64,000 bases of DNA, from NCBI GenBank assembly GCA_051294375.1, contig CM119266.1, positions 1,803,554-1,867,553 on the forward strand. The letters run 5' to 3'. This stretch comes from Paraspadella gotoi. Lineage: Eukaryota > Animalia > Chaetognatha. Position 1 is the first letter of the stretch; each line of letters begins with the position of its first letter. Below the pieces are notes generated by a model. That model worked only from the letters and a program-made list of their open reading frames with translations. It searched no databases and was not told where the DNA came from. Of this stretch, positions 14,352 through 27,829 are shown piece after piece. The position numbers were made by a program, and so were the translations under genes.

Positions 14352-14565
14352 TATTTACAGCGTTTCAAGTTGGCATAACTGCTTTCCATTATAAGTAGCG
14401 TCGTGAAAACGTACGCGTCGGGGCATCGTTTTAACGAAAAAAAATGTTTTTGCAAAATTTTACATAATTAAATAGTTATGTTAAATTCTCGACTATAACA
14501 ACCTGTCTTAAAATACAAATAGAATAATTAAAATAATTCTTTTACCATTTTATTCACATTCAAAG

Positions 14566-14601
<36 letters not shown>

Positions 14602-14882
14602 CGGTACCTCCATGTTTGGTCTCAAACGGACGAGTTCAAGCAAAACACGGGAATAGGAGAAAAAAAAGAAAAAAAATCCAAAGACACAGAGAGATTGAGA
14701 GAGAGCAGAAAAAAGAGAGAGAGAGAGAAGAAGAGAGAGAGAGAGAGAGAGAGAGAGAAGGAGAGAGAGAGAGCAATAAGAGAAAAATAGCAACCGGATC
14801 TTCTAAAACATAATATCTAAATCCACGAAAAACGCGATCGAAATAATTTTTTTTTCGTTTCTTTGTCTTATTTTTTTGTTAT

Positions 14883-14934
<52 letters not shown>

Positions 14935-15548
14935 TTGTGGTCGTAGCTTGTTCTGTTTTTAATTTTTAAAAAAATCTAATTCGTAGGTTGAATTATATAA
15001 AAATATTCTTCACTTTCAATTACTACGCGATATAAAAGTTCAGCTCTTAGTCTTACCTTTAAAACAACTTTCGTTTCGGTTTTGTCGAAATTTAAGATAA
15101 CGATTCACTCGGAAAAATAAGTTATCGAAAGAAAACATTCTTTCGATCGAGGTCACCAACTGTATTCGTCGTTCTACGGACTAATATTGATCAATATAAA
15201 TGTTTCAATCTCAAAATCTCCGAAAGTTTAAAACTGAAAATTTATCTGTGAATCCCCCAAATCTCCAAAATATCCCAAATCAGCCCAATATTTAAAATCT
15301 TATTTAAATCTTATTTAAAATCTTATTTAAATCTTATTTTAAATCTTCAAAACCTCTAAATCTTTGACCATCACATGTCACCATCTCTTCGAGAAAGTAT
15401 TTATTTATTTTTACGAAACAACGGGCCCGAAGGATTAGGGAGTAAAAGTAAAACGTACATGTTTTTCTTAAGACTCCATCGTTCAATAAATTTGTTTCAA
15501 TAGCTACTACAAGCTACTACAAGCTACTACAAGCTACAATTAATCCTT

Positions 15549-15554
15549 TTTATT
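15549..15554 (-). promoter_or_regulatory. Candidate polyadenylation signal of the nested gene
   Basis: AATAAA on the minus strand ~65 nt after the TGA; also present in the second copy. Motif is common in AT-rich DNA. Confidence 0.5.
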
Positions 15555-15619
15555 ATTAATTTGTTACATCAAACTCATGGCTCAATTGCGGTCCTCACTC
15601 CTCAGCGTCCTCTTTCTCC

Positions 15620-15763
15620 TCAGACTCCCAACTCGTACATTGTGATAGAGGAAAAGCCGACTGTGGCCTCGTCGTAAACCGAACTCTGCCAGACTTTGAG
15701 GCCCACGCATCGGTATTTGCCAACGGCATCGTTCGTCGAGCACCACCTCGTATCCGACGGACC
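15620..15763 (-). CDS. Nested secreted protein, exon 3 (terminal)
   Basis: Acceptor ttccttcaccag|; phase 0; GPSDTRWCSTNDAVGKYRCVGLKVWQSSVYDEATVGFSSITMYELGV then TGA. Confidence 0.87.
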   Translation of the reverse strand, partial: GPSDTRWCSTNDAVGKYRCVGLKVWQSSVYDEATVGFSSITMYELGV

Positions 15764-16149
15764 CTGGTGAAGGAAAAAAATATGGGTCAGAATCACAGTA
15801 ATAATTAAATGAATAAATGATTAATTAATTAAATGGATGAATAGTTAGTTAAAGAAATAAAGATATGTACATAAAGAAATAAATTAATAAATATTTCATT
15901 AAGTAATATCGATTTCGTATTTAAAACCCAATTTTACGCACCTAAAATGCAATGCATTAATTTAAATATACAATACATTTAAACTAATAGAATAATTTAT
16001 GCAACCCATACTCGAGGAATTGTACATGAAGGAATAATGCGTGGACGGACAATGGACAATGCATTTTCTGACTCAACAAGCTTTCTACTAGTTATACTTC
16101 TTATTCCATATTCAAACTATATTCTCAAACATCCAGCCCCACAACTCAC

Positions 16150-16502
16150 CCTGAACCATGTCCCGTTATCCACCCGGCACAGGGTGTCCCAAACGGAGCT
16201 GTCTTCGCAAGCGGTCGTAGATTTAGAGCCGATCATAGAGTAAGCCGTGGCGCCGGCCCAACCTCGATCGTCGTAGAGGGTGTCCTGTCGCGGGGAGAAG
16301 ATGATGGCCGCCGGATTGGAGATCCACTTGGTATTGTCGGGGCCCATGTCCATCCAGATTTTGTGAGGGTAAGCGTGGCCGCCTCCCGAGGCCGCGAACT
16401 TACCCGGCTGGCCGAAGCCGTCCGCCGGGCCGTGGAGGAGGTCGTCCTGTCTGCAGTTCATCTTCGGAGTCGCTCCGGTGAAGTCGATGCGTTTGGCCGG
16501 AA
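16150..16502 (-). CDS. Nested secreted protein, exon 2
   Basis: Acceptor ttccacag| and donor |gtgagt; 353 nt, GC-rich and open: (V)PAKRIDFTGATPKMNCRQDDLLHGPADGFGQPGKFAASGGGHAYPHKIWMDMGPDNTKWISNPAAIIFSPRQDTLYDDRGWAGATAYSMIGSKSTTACEDSSVWDTLCRVDNGTWFR. Confidence 0.88.
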
Positions 16503-18256
16503 CTGTGGAAATGGTTTTGGGAAAGAGGGGGGGGAGTAGGCATTATGGCATGGCATGGTAGGCGTAGTGGACATTATTGGTTGGTGTGTGGAGGGGGTCG
16601 CGTTCGGAAAATTAACTTGTGAGTAATGGCAAGCGAACTGGAAAATAATAATAAATTTTTTTATGGTATTAAAAACATATTTTAAAAATCCATCAAACTA
16701 ATTTTGTTTTTTATGATCTCAATCCATGAATTTTCTTTGACAATTTGGATAACAAAGTGGCGCTAGNNNNNNNNNNAACATATTTTAAAAATCCATCAAA
16801 CTAATTTTGTTTATTATGATCTCAATCCATGAATTTTCTTTGACAATTTGGAAACAAAGTGGCGCTAGAAAGTGAATGACCGTGAATGACCGTTAATGAC
16901 CGTTAGTTCTAATCCCTCTAGCAGCGCTCTGGAACCAGATTTGGAAGGGGGCTCTCGCTTCCTAGTAGTGATGAACTGATGGCGTGGATCTCTGTCACTG
17001 TTAAATTTTATTTTTTTGGGTCATTTTCAAAAATTTAGGCTGAACACTGAACAGTAGGATGAAGTAAAAGTTGAGAAGCAAAATTTAGCAGTTATATCTT
17101 AAAAACTATCATATTAGTGAATACTAATCTGTAATTATTTTTTTTACGAATATAGTAGTAGCCCAGTCAGCTTAATTTATATATTGTACTACCCTTATAC
17201 AATGTCAAAATTTTAAAATGGTTTTTTTTAAATTCTGAGAACAGATTCAGATTTCCCATAAAAAGTTGATTTAAGAAAATATAAATCTTTTTAAAAAATT
17301 ATCTTATTAAGTAGATTAAAAATATAAAAAAAACTATATTTTTAAGCTGAAAATTAAAAATTGATGTCTTAAATATAGTTTTTTATATTTTTTACCAATT
17401 TTTTAAAAATAATTATGCTTTCTTATATCAGTTTTTTTGCAAGGAATCCAAATTTAAAAATTGGCATTTTTAAATTTTAGCCTATTATATACTTATTATT
17501 ATATATAAGTATTGCTCACTGGTGCCCACTAAAATATCAAACTAAAAAATAAATTCACCAAAGAATTTTTATTGGTTTTTATCTTTATGTTCTCTATACT
17601 AAATTTTAATTTTATAAAATTTAATTATTTTCAAATCACCCTACTGAACAGGCTAATCGGGTTCAAATTCAAATGTTCATCACCATTTTAATAATAAAGA
17701 TATATCTTTTTTGGGTGTTGCCTTGGTTCACCACGCAAAAGAACATATGTGTCCCCAATCGTAATTTTTTTCAAGTGATATTGCAACAGAGGTTNNNNNN
17801 NNNNAAAAAAATTTTATTAGTTTTTATCTTTATGTTCTCTATACTAAATTTTGATTTTATAAAAGTTTATTATTTTCAAATCACCCTACTGAACAGGCTA
17901 ATCGGGTTCAAATTCAAATGTTCATCACCATTTTTATAATAAAGATATATCTTTTTTGGGTGTTGCCTTGGTTCACCACGCAAATCGTAATTTTTTTCAA
18001 GTGATATTGCAACAGAGGTTTTGCCTGATACACATTCGTTAATGATGTATGATGTATGATGTACTATATAATTCCGACTCAAGATCCTAAATNNNNNNNN
18101 NNNNNNNNNNNNNNNNNNNNNNNNNNNNNNNNNNNNNNNNNNNNNNNNNNNNNNNNNNNNNNNNNNNNNNNNNNNNNNNNNNNNNNNNNNNNNNNNNNNN
18201 NNNNNNNNNNNNNNNNNNNNNNNNNNNNNNNNNNNNAGAGAGAAAGGGAAATTCAC

Positions 18257-18314
18257 CTGGTCTTTGAGCTTGGATCCTCACGACCGACAGCGCGAGGAGA
18301 AGCAGATGGAACAT
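18257..18314 (-). CDS. Nested secreted protein, exon 1 (signal peptide)
   Basis: gacgccATG context; MFHLLLLALSVVRIQAQRP is a hydrophobic leader with a QA/Q-type cleavage site. Donor G|gtgaat is phase 1, matching exon 2. Confidence 0.8.
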
Positions 18315-19017
18315 GGCGTCGGTGGGAGATAGAGACAGAGACGATGGAAGAGAAAGACAGAGAGGGAAGTGAAATTGACGGAGAGAGTGACAGAGAGAGA
18401 GAGACAGAGAACCCGGCGATTCTTCACGTTTTCATGTCAGAGAATTTATACCTCTCTTTCTCTCTGGCGCCGTGGCCAAGTTCTCTCTCTCTCTCTCTCT
18501 NNNNNNNNNNCTCTCTCTCTCTCTTTCTTTATATATATGTAGTCTCCATCTCTATCAATTTTTTTTCTTTCTCTGGTTTTATTTGGACGATGTTTATCTC
18601 TGGCGAGTTTATTCGGAGGAGAGGAGGGTGATTTTTTATTTGGACGATGTTTATCTCTGGCGAGTTTATTCGGAGGAGAGGAGGGTGATTTTTTAAGTGA
18701 ATGTTCGATAAAACTGTTTTCTTTAAAATATTTTTAATACTACTCAATTTCACTCGTGATAAGTTTTAAATTGTATTATACATTATGGGACTGTACTTTA
18801 ATATAAAAAGAGAGAGATAAATACAAATAGAATAATTAAAATAATTCTTTTTACCATTTTATTCACATTCAAAGCCTTTCTCTCTCCTCTCCTCTCTCCT
18901 CTCTCTCTCTCACCGGTACCTCAATGTTTGGTCTCAAACGGACGAGTTTCAAAGCAAACACGGGAATAGGAGAAAAAAAAAAGAAAAAATCCAAAGACAC
19001 AGAGAGATTGAAGAGAG

Positions 19018-19073
<56 letters not shown>

Positions 19074-19198
19074 AGATGAGAGAGAGAGATAAGGAAAAAA
19101 TAGCAACCGGATATTCCTAAAACATGAATATCTAAATCCAATCGAAAAACGCGAATCGAAAAATAATTTTTTTTAGTTCTTTGTCTATTTTTTGTTAT

Positions 19199-19236
<38 letters not shown>

Positions 19237-19934
19237 ACATTTGTGGTCGTAGCTGTTCTGTTTTTTAATTTTTAAAAAAAATCTAATTCGTAAGGTTGAA
19301 TTATATAAATATTCTGCACTTTCAATTACTACGCGATAAAAAGTTAAGCTCTTAGTCTTACCCTTTAAAACAAACTTTCGTTTCGGTTTTGTCGGAAAAA
19401 ATTTAAGAATAACGATCCACCGAAATAAGTTAATCGAAAGAAAACATTCTTTCATCGAGGTCACCAACTGTATTCGTCGTTCTAAACGGACTAATATTTG
19501 ATTCAATATAATGTTTCAATCTCAAAATCTCCGGAAGTTTTAAAAACTGGAAAATTTATCTGTGAATCCCCCAAATCTCCAAAATATCCCAAATCAGCCC
19601 AATATTTTAAAATTTATTTAAAATCTTATTTAAAAATCTTATTTAAAATCTTATTTTAAATCTTCAAAAACCTCTAATCATTTGACCAATCACATGTAAC
19701 CGATCTCTTGAGAAAAGTATTTATTATTTTTACGAACAACGGCCCGAAGGATTGGGATAAAAGTAAAACGTACATGTTTTTCTTAAGACTCCCATCGTTC
19801 AATAAATTTGTTTCAATAGCTACTACAAGCACTACAAGCTACTACAAGCTACAATTAAATCCTTTTTATTATTAATTGTTACAGTTAACTCATGGCTCAA
19901 TTGCGGTCCTCACTCCTCAGCGTCCTCTTTCTCC

Positions 19935-22211
19935 TCAGACTCCCAACTGTCACATTGTGATAGAGGAAAAGCCGACTGTGGCCTCGTCGTAAACGAACTC
20001 TGCCAGATCTTTGAGGCACACGCATCGGGTATTTGCCAAACGGCAATCGTTCGTCGAGCACCACCTAGATATCCGACGGACCCTGGGTGAAGAAAAAATA
20101 TGGGGTCAGAATCACAGTAATAATTAAAATGAATAATGAATAATTAATTAAATGGATGAATAGTTAGTTAAAAGGAATAAGATAATGTACTAAAGAAATA
20201 AATTAATAAATATTTCTTAAGTATATCGATTCGTATTTAAAACACAATTTTACGCACCTAAATGCATGCATTAAATTTAAATAATACAATACATTTAAAC
20301 GTAATAAGAATAATTTATGCACCCATTACTCGAGGAATTGTACATGAAAGGAATAATGCGTGGACCGGACAATGGACAATGCAATTTCTGACTCAACATA
20401 ATGTCTAGCTTTATACTTCTTAATTCCATATCAAACTATATTCTCAAACATCCAGCCCACAACTCACCCTGAACCATGTCCGTTATCCACCCGGCACAGG
20501 GTGGTCCAAACGGAGCTGTCTTCGCAAGCGGTCGTAGATTTAGAGCCGATCATAGAGTAAGCCGTGCGCCGGCCCACACTCGATCGTCGAGAGGGTGTCC
20601 TGTCGCGGGGAGAAGATGATGGCCGCCGGATTGGAGATCCACTTGGTAATGTCGGGGCCCATGTCATTCCAGATTTTGTGAAAGGGTAAGCGTGGCCGCC
20701 TCCCGAGGACGGCGACTTAACCCGGCTGGCCGAAGCCGTCCGCCGGGCCGTGGAGTGAGGTCGTCCTGTCTGCAGTTCATCTTCGGAGTCGCTCCGGTGA
20801 AATCGATGCGTTTTGCCGGAACTGGTGGAAAATGGTTTTGGGAAAGAGGGGGGGGGAGTAGGCATTAATGGGCATGGCATGGTAGGCGTAGTGGAACCAT
20901 TATTGGTTGGTACGTGTGGACGGGGTTCGCGTTTCGGGAAAATGTAGAAGTTGAGAAATAAAAATTAACTAGTGAGTAATGGCAAGCGAACTCTGGAAAC
21001 TAATATAACTTATTTTATGGTATTAAAAACATAATTTAAAAAATCCATCAACTAATTTTGTTTATTATGTCTCAATACATGAATTTTCTTTGACAATTTG
21101 GAAACAAAGTGGCGCTAGAAAGATGAAATGACCCGTGAATGACCGTTAATGAACGGTTAGTTCTAATCCCTCTAAGCAGCTTCTCATGGAACCAGATTTG
21201 GAAGGGGGCTCTCCGCTTCCTAGTAGTGATGAACTGATGGCGTGGATCTCTGTCACTGTTAAATTTTATTTTTTGGGTCATTTTCAAAAATTTTTAGGCT
21301 GAAACTGAACCAGTCAGGATGAGTGAAAGTTTGGAAGCAAAATTTAGCAGTTAATATTTAAAAACTATTATATTAGTGAATACTTATCTGTAATATATTT
21401 TTTTTAAACGAAATATAGTAGTAGCCCCAGTCAGCTTAATTTATATATTGTCAAATTTCAAATGTTTGTCTTATTCTGAGAACAGATTCAATTTCCCATA
21501 AAAGTTTTATTTAGGAAAAATATAAAAATTTTAAGTAGAATAAAATTATAAAAAAATATATTTTTAAGCTGAAATTAAAAATCGGCATCCTAGATATGTT
21601 TTTTATATTTTTTACCAATTTTAAAATATATTTTTGCAAGAAATCCAAATTCGATCTTAAAATTAAAAATTTTGCATTTTAAAATTTTAGCTCTATTATA
21701 TCAACGCGGAAAGATTAATATATAAAATATAGCTCACTGGTGCCACTAATACAAACTAAAAAATAAAATTCACCAAAAAAATTTTATTGGTTTTTATCTT
21801 ATGTTCTCTTATACTAAATTTTATTTTATAAAAATTTAATTATTTTCAAAATCACACGTACTGAACAGGCTAATCGGGTTCAAATTCAAATGTTCATCAC
21901 CACTTTAATAATTAAGATATATCTTTTTGGGTGTTGCTTGGTTCAGCCACGCAATATCGTAATTTTTTTCAAAGTGTATTGCAACAGAGGTTTTGCCTGA
22001 TACACAATTACGTTAATGATGTATGATGTATGATGTACTATATAATCCGACTCAAGATCCTAAATCGATGATAGGGCCAACGCTACATGTCAAACAGATT
22101 TAAACATGGTTTTGACATTAGTGACTGAAATTCAAGAGAGAAAGGGAAATTCACCTGTCTTTGAGCTTGATAGTCACGTACCGAAAGCGCGAGGAGAAGC
22201 AGATGGAACAT
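19935..22211 (-). pseudogene. Frameshifted second copy of the nested gene (exons ~22155-22211, 20468-20821, 19935-20082)
   Basis: Same exon sequences (MFHLLLLALSV..., SGGGHAYP..., TAYSMIGSKSTTACEDSSVW) broken by single-base indels. Confidence 0.8.
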
Positions 22212-22519
22212 GGCGTCTTGTGGGGGATAGGAGACAAGAGACGATGGAAGAGAAAAGACAGAGAGGGAAGTGAAATTGACCGGAGAGAGTGACAGAGAGA
22301 GAAGAGGCAGAGAACCCGGCGATTCTTCACTTTTCATGTCAGAGAATTTATACCTCTCTTTCTCTCTGGCGCCGTGGCCAGTTCTCTCTCTCTCTTCTCT
22401 CTCTCTCATCTCTCTCTCCTCTTCTCTCTCTCTCTCTCTCTCTTTCTTTTATATATATGTAGTCTCCATCTCTAATCAATTTTTTTTCTTCTCTGGTTTT
22501 ATTTGGACGGTGTTTATCT

Positions 22520-22850
22520 CTGGGCGAGTTTTATCGGAGGAGAGGAGGTGATTTTTTAGTGAATGTTCGATAAACTGTTTATTCGGAGAAGAGGAGGGTG
22601 ATTTTTTAAAGTGAATGTTCGATAAAACTGTTTATTCGGAGGAGAGGAGGGTGATTTTTAAGTGAATGTTCGGATAAAACTGTTTATTCGGCAGGAGAGG
22701 AGGGTGAATTTTTTAAGTGAATGTTCGATAAAACTGTTTATTCGAGGAGAGGAGGGTATTTTTAAGTGAATGTTCGATAAAACTGTTTTTATTCGGAGGA
22801 AGGAGTGTGATTTTTTAAGGTGAATGTTCGATAAAAACTGTTTTCTTTAA
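22520..22850 (+). repeat. ~50-bp minisatellite, about 6 units
   Basis: Tandem GTTTATTCGGAGGAGAGGAGGGTGATTTTTAAGTGAATGTTCGATAAAACT units with no spacers. Confidence 0.9.
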
Positions 22851-22960
22851 AATATTTTATTAATACTACTCAATTTTCAAGCCTCGTGATAAGTTTTAAA
22901 TTGTATTAATACATTTATGGGACTGTTACTTTAATATTTAGTAAAAGACGCGAGAGAGAG

Positions 22961-23005
<45 letters not shown>

Positions 23006-23354
23006 TTATTTTAACTTTTAAAATTTCTTTTGGCTAATTTACTTTCCATGATTTTAAACTACGCAATTAATTTTTTAAAAAGCCCTTAATATTAGTNNNN
23101 NNNNNNNNNNNNNNNNNNNNNTTAGTTCATTATTTTCCTTATCCTAAATTTTTATTTCAAACCTTAATGTCTTTGTCCATCAACTTACCTCATCAACTTA
23201 CTCCATCCTTCGGCGATCTTTATTTTTTTTACATCAGTTTTTCCTCAAAGAGGAAACGAAGAAGCTTCGAGCGAAAAAAGAAAGAAAGGAAAAAAAAAAG
23301 ATAATAAAACTGAGAGAAAAAAAGGAAAAACAGAATTAAATCGAAAGCATAAAA

Positions 23355-23695
23355 AACAAGAATGGTAATTCCAATGTGTTGCGCCGCAGTGACTTTATGA
23401 TATGACATGACATGCCATTACATAATTAAAAAAACTTTTTTTCCCATGTATTTATGACATGCACTGCATCAAAATTTCATCTTTTATTTCTTTATAGTTT
23501 TAAGAATTCCTGAAGGCGGCGCTAGCAGTTCCTTAGATTTGAGTTTTTATTTGGTCTTAGCAAATGAGTGATCAACTATAGGCAAATTATATGCATTTTT
23601 AACGTAAGTTGGACAGACGGACGGACAGACGGACCGAGGGACCGACCGACAGACTGACCGAAAAGTGACTCATTGGGTTGCTCCGGAAGTACTAG
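23355..23695 (+). mobile_element. Interspersed non-autonomous element, near full length (HINE-like family)
   Basis: Starts AACAAGAATGGTAATTCCAATGTGTTGCGCCGCAGTGAC, then GAATTCCTGAAGGCGGCGCTAGCAGT and a GACA/GACG/GACC tetranucleotide tract. Same layout at 47370-47750 with unrelated flanks. Confidence 0.75.
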
Positions 23696-24036
23696 TGAAA
23701 AGAATAAATAAAAGGAGTAGAGGGTAAAAAAAAAGGGGGGGAACGAAAAGAAGGAAAATGAAAAAAGGAGAAAGAGAAAGAGAAAAGAAAAGAAAAAAGA
23801 AAATTAAAATAAACGAAAAAGGAAGATTCAGGTAATGAAGAAAAAGAAAGGAGAGAAAAAAAGTTTTTAATCCTGGAATAAAAACGAAGGAAAAGAAAAG
23901 ATGAGACTTTAGCGACGACAACGACAACAACAACAACAACAATGAGAAAAGGTCGACGTCGAATTCGGAGGGAAAAAAAAAGAAGTGAAACAAAAGGAGA
24001 TGAGGAGAAAATAAAGTGATGGGCAAAGGAGGAAAT

Positions 24037-24037
24037 A

Positions 24038-24128
<91 letters not shown>
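24037..24128 (+). repeat. (AAAG)n microsatellite
   Basis: Perfect tandem AAAG, about 23 units. Confidence 0.97.
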
Positions 24129-24129
<1 letters not shown>

Positions 24130-24206
24130 CAAAAAGACATTCCTTTCCCTCAAACTTTTTCCTTTGATCGATCCAACGAAAGACGATCAACTAAACCAAC
24201 CGAATG

Positions 24207-24242
<36 letters not shown>

Positions 24243-24445
24243 CGTCATATGAAGATGTGTCGCTTCATTTAAGCAACAAGTCAATCGGAAAATTATTAGA
24301 AAATTGGAAAGAAAAAAGGGAGGAAAAAGGAAATAGAAAAAGGAAATACGAAAGGAAGAAAAATGATTCTGTAATTCATTACCCTCGTATCTCCACAAGA
24401 GTCTCCATTCTTTCCTTTTGACCTTCACTCTCGTTTTTTCTTTCC

Positions 24446-24550
<105 letters not shown>

Positions 24551-24584
24551 TCCTTTCATTTTGCCGTCTTTCTTCTTTGTTTAA

Positions 24585-24893
<309 letters not shown>

Positions 24894-25766
24894 TAAGTTC
24901 GTCTTTCAGATTTTTTGCTTGTCGTTTTCTGATTGTTTAGTTGTCGTCTTCGTCGTTAGTGTTGTTCTTTCTCTTGTTGCTGTTGTTGTTGCTGTTGTTG
25001 TTTGTTCGGTTTCTGTTTTGAGCGTCGTTATCAGCGACGGAATTTATCGAAGTTCACGAAGAACAATCGTCGTCGTCGTCATCGTCGTCGTCGTTTATCG
25101 CCTTTTTATGCGTTGATATCCGGCACGCAGCCAAATCTGGCACGCAGCCAAGTCTCATACCCACACACACAGGGCAAGCCTCTTCTTGAAAAAGTAAATT
25201 TAAAATTTGAAACTAGAACTTCATACTCGATACACTATAGATCATTATATAGCGCACTGAAAGTTATTTGAATATAATATAAACAGCTAGAAATATATCC
25301 TTAGAGTTAGAATTGATCTTAGGAGGAATAAAATTAAATGCCATATATTTTCAAGATGCTCATTTCAGTTTGAATTCATAATTAAATATGTTTTTAAGAT
25401 TAAAGATGAGGTCAGTGGTTAAGGATTAGGGTCCGAACTTTAAATTATGGATTAATTAATAGAGTCAGGGATTGAGTAATGTTTTTTTGGTAAAATATTA
25501 AGGCTAAATGTTTGAGTAACAATTAATCTTAGTTATTGGGAACAGAAATTAGGCAAATGCAAATGCCAGAGTAAGGTTGCGATGGACGGAGTAAGTTCGA
25601 GCGAAACGAAGCCGGGGTGAGGAAGAGAGGAAAGTGAGGAGCGAGGCCTCGGGTAATGTTTGGGGATTAACGGTAAGCACCGATTTATAAGGTCCGCCTT
25701 AGACCCGCCCTCGATCTTTCGACCTCGAACTGACACAGTTTCGTCGTCGTAGACGTCATCGTCGGT

Positions 25767-25920
25767 GGCAGCGGAGGCGGAGAGAGCTGCGGAGGCGGCG
25801 CCACGGAGGCGGTAAAGCTGCGGAGGCGGCGGCAGCAGAGGCGGAGAGAGCTGCTGTGACAGCGGCAGGGGAGGCGGAAACAGTTGCTGAGGCAGCGGCA
25901 GGGGAGGCGGCAGCAGCGGG
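25767..25920 (+). repeat. GC-rich minisatellite (longer version at 29579-29830)
   Basis: Recurring GGCAGCGGAGGCGGAGAGAGCTGCGGAGGCGGC and GCCACGGAGGCGGTAAAGCTGCGGAGGC blocks. Confidence 0.85.
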
Positions 25921-26451
25921 ATTGAGTGAGTGATTGTCGCTATCGTCGTCAGGGTCGATGTTGTTGTTGTTATCGTTGATTTCGTTGTTTTTTTCTAGGT
26001 CATCGTTGTCGTCGTCGTCGTTCTTGTTTTTGGTTCAAACATTCAGACATATGTCACAATAGTATTAATCACCGTTCGTGTTCCTCTGGTTTAGTTCAAT
26101 ATACAATCCGCCAATAGCTCTATTGTTGTCTCTTCTTATTTGATAATAATCCCTTTATCCAATTGAAACAGTTTACAAATATTGTATAACTTCACTGACA
26201 ATGAAAGAAAAGCCAAGCCTAAAGAGAGGCTGATTGAAAGTCTGTTATTAAAGTATTATATTGTTAAAGAGATCGGTTGTACCAATTTCATATATAACAA
26301 AAAGTCCTTTCACATTGATCTTTTGTTCACAAAAGGGCGAGAGTAGTGAATGAGTAAGAGGGTTCACCAAAATGGAAAGGAAGCTTCAATCCTTTGCTTG
26401 ACCAAGAAGCTAATCTTTTCTTTTCCCTTCGTGAAGACTTTCGGAATGGAA

Positions 26452-26540
<89 letters not shown>

Positions 26541-26798
26541 GACTGAACTGGCCGTCGGCCGTGTCTCTCTCTCTCTCCCCATGTGTTCTTCGAGTTCCTT
26601 TAAGTCCTCATAATTCCCGGCGCTTTGGAAAGAGGCGATGGACAGATTGAAAGAATAATGGAAAGAGAGAGAGAGAGACAGTGGAGGGAGAGAAAGAGGG
26701 AGTGAGACGGAGAGAGCGGAGAAGTAGGAAGCAGAAATAGAAAGTTAAGAGAGACAGATGAACAAAAAGCGGGAAGTAAAAAGTAAAGAATAGCGAAA

Positions 26799-27785
26799 AA
26801 GAATTCCTGAAGGCGGCGCTAAGCAGTTCCTTAGATTTGAGTTTTTATTTGGTCCCTTAGCAAATGAGTGATCAACTATAGGCAAATTATATGCATTTTT
26901 TAACGGTAAGTTTGGACCAGACGGACGGACAGACGGACCGAGGGACCGACCGACAGACTGAACCGAAATATGACTCCATTGGGTTGCTCCGGAAGTACTA
27001 GTGAAAAGAAATAAATAAAAGGAGTAGAGGGTAAAAAAAAGGGGGAACGAAAAGAAGGAAAATGAAAAAAGGAGAAAGGAGAAAGAGAAAAGAAAAGAAA
27101 AAAGAAAATTAAAATAAACGAAAAGGAAGATTCAGGTAATGAAGAAAAGAAAGGAGAGAAAAAAAGTTTTTAATCCTGGAATAAAACGAAGGAAAAGAAA
27201 AGATGAGACTTTAGCGACGAACAACGACAACAAAACAACAACAATGAGAAAAGGTCGACGTCGAATTCGGAGGGAAAAAAAGAAGTGAAACAAAAGGAGA
27301 TGAGGAGAAAATAAAGTGATGGGCAAAGGAGGAAATAAAGAAAGAAAGAAAGAAAGAAGAAAGAAAGAAAGAAAGAAGAAAGAAAGAAAGAAAGAAGAAA
27401 GAAAGAAGAGACAAAAAGACATTCCTTTCCCTCAAAAACTTTTTCCTTTGATCGATCCAACGAAAGACGACAACTAAACAAACGAATGAAACACCACACA
27501 CACACACACACACACACTACACACAAAATCCGTCATATGAAGATGTGTCGCTTCATTTAAGCAACAAGTAATCGGAAAATTATTGAAATTGGAAAGAAAA
27601 AAGGAAGGAAAAAGGAAATAGAAAAAGGAAATACGAAAGGATAGAAAAATGAATTCTGTAATTCATTACGCCTCGTATCTCCACAAGAGTCCTCCATTCT
27701 TTCCTTTTGACCTCACTCATCGTTTTTCTTCCTCCTTTCTCTCTCTCTCTCCTCTCTCTCTCTCTCTTCTCTTCTCTCTATCTCT

Positions 27786-27829
<44 letters not shown>

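Larger units (their letters stand above)
14511..18810 (+). repeat. Tandem duplication unit 1 (~4.3 kb) containing the nested gene
   Basis: AAATACAAATAGAATAATTAAAATAATTCTTTT recurs at ~14511 and ~18817; collinear to CATT(T)ATGGGACTGT(T)ACTTTAATAT. Confidence 0.92.
18817..22945 (+). repeat. Tandem duplication unit 2 (indel-rich copy of 14511-18810)
   Basis: Collinear with unit 1, with many 1-bp indels. Confidence 0.92.

Noticed and set aside
22520-22850. CRISPR-like regular ~50-bp repeats
   Set aside because: Units are head-to-tail with no unique spacers, there are no cas genes, and the context is eukaryotic.
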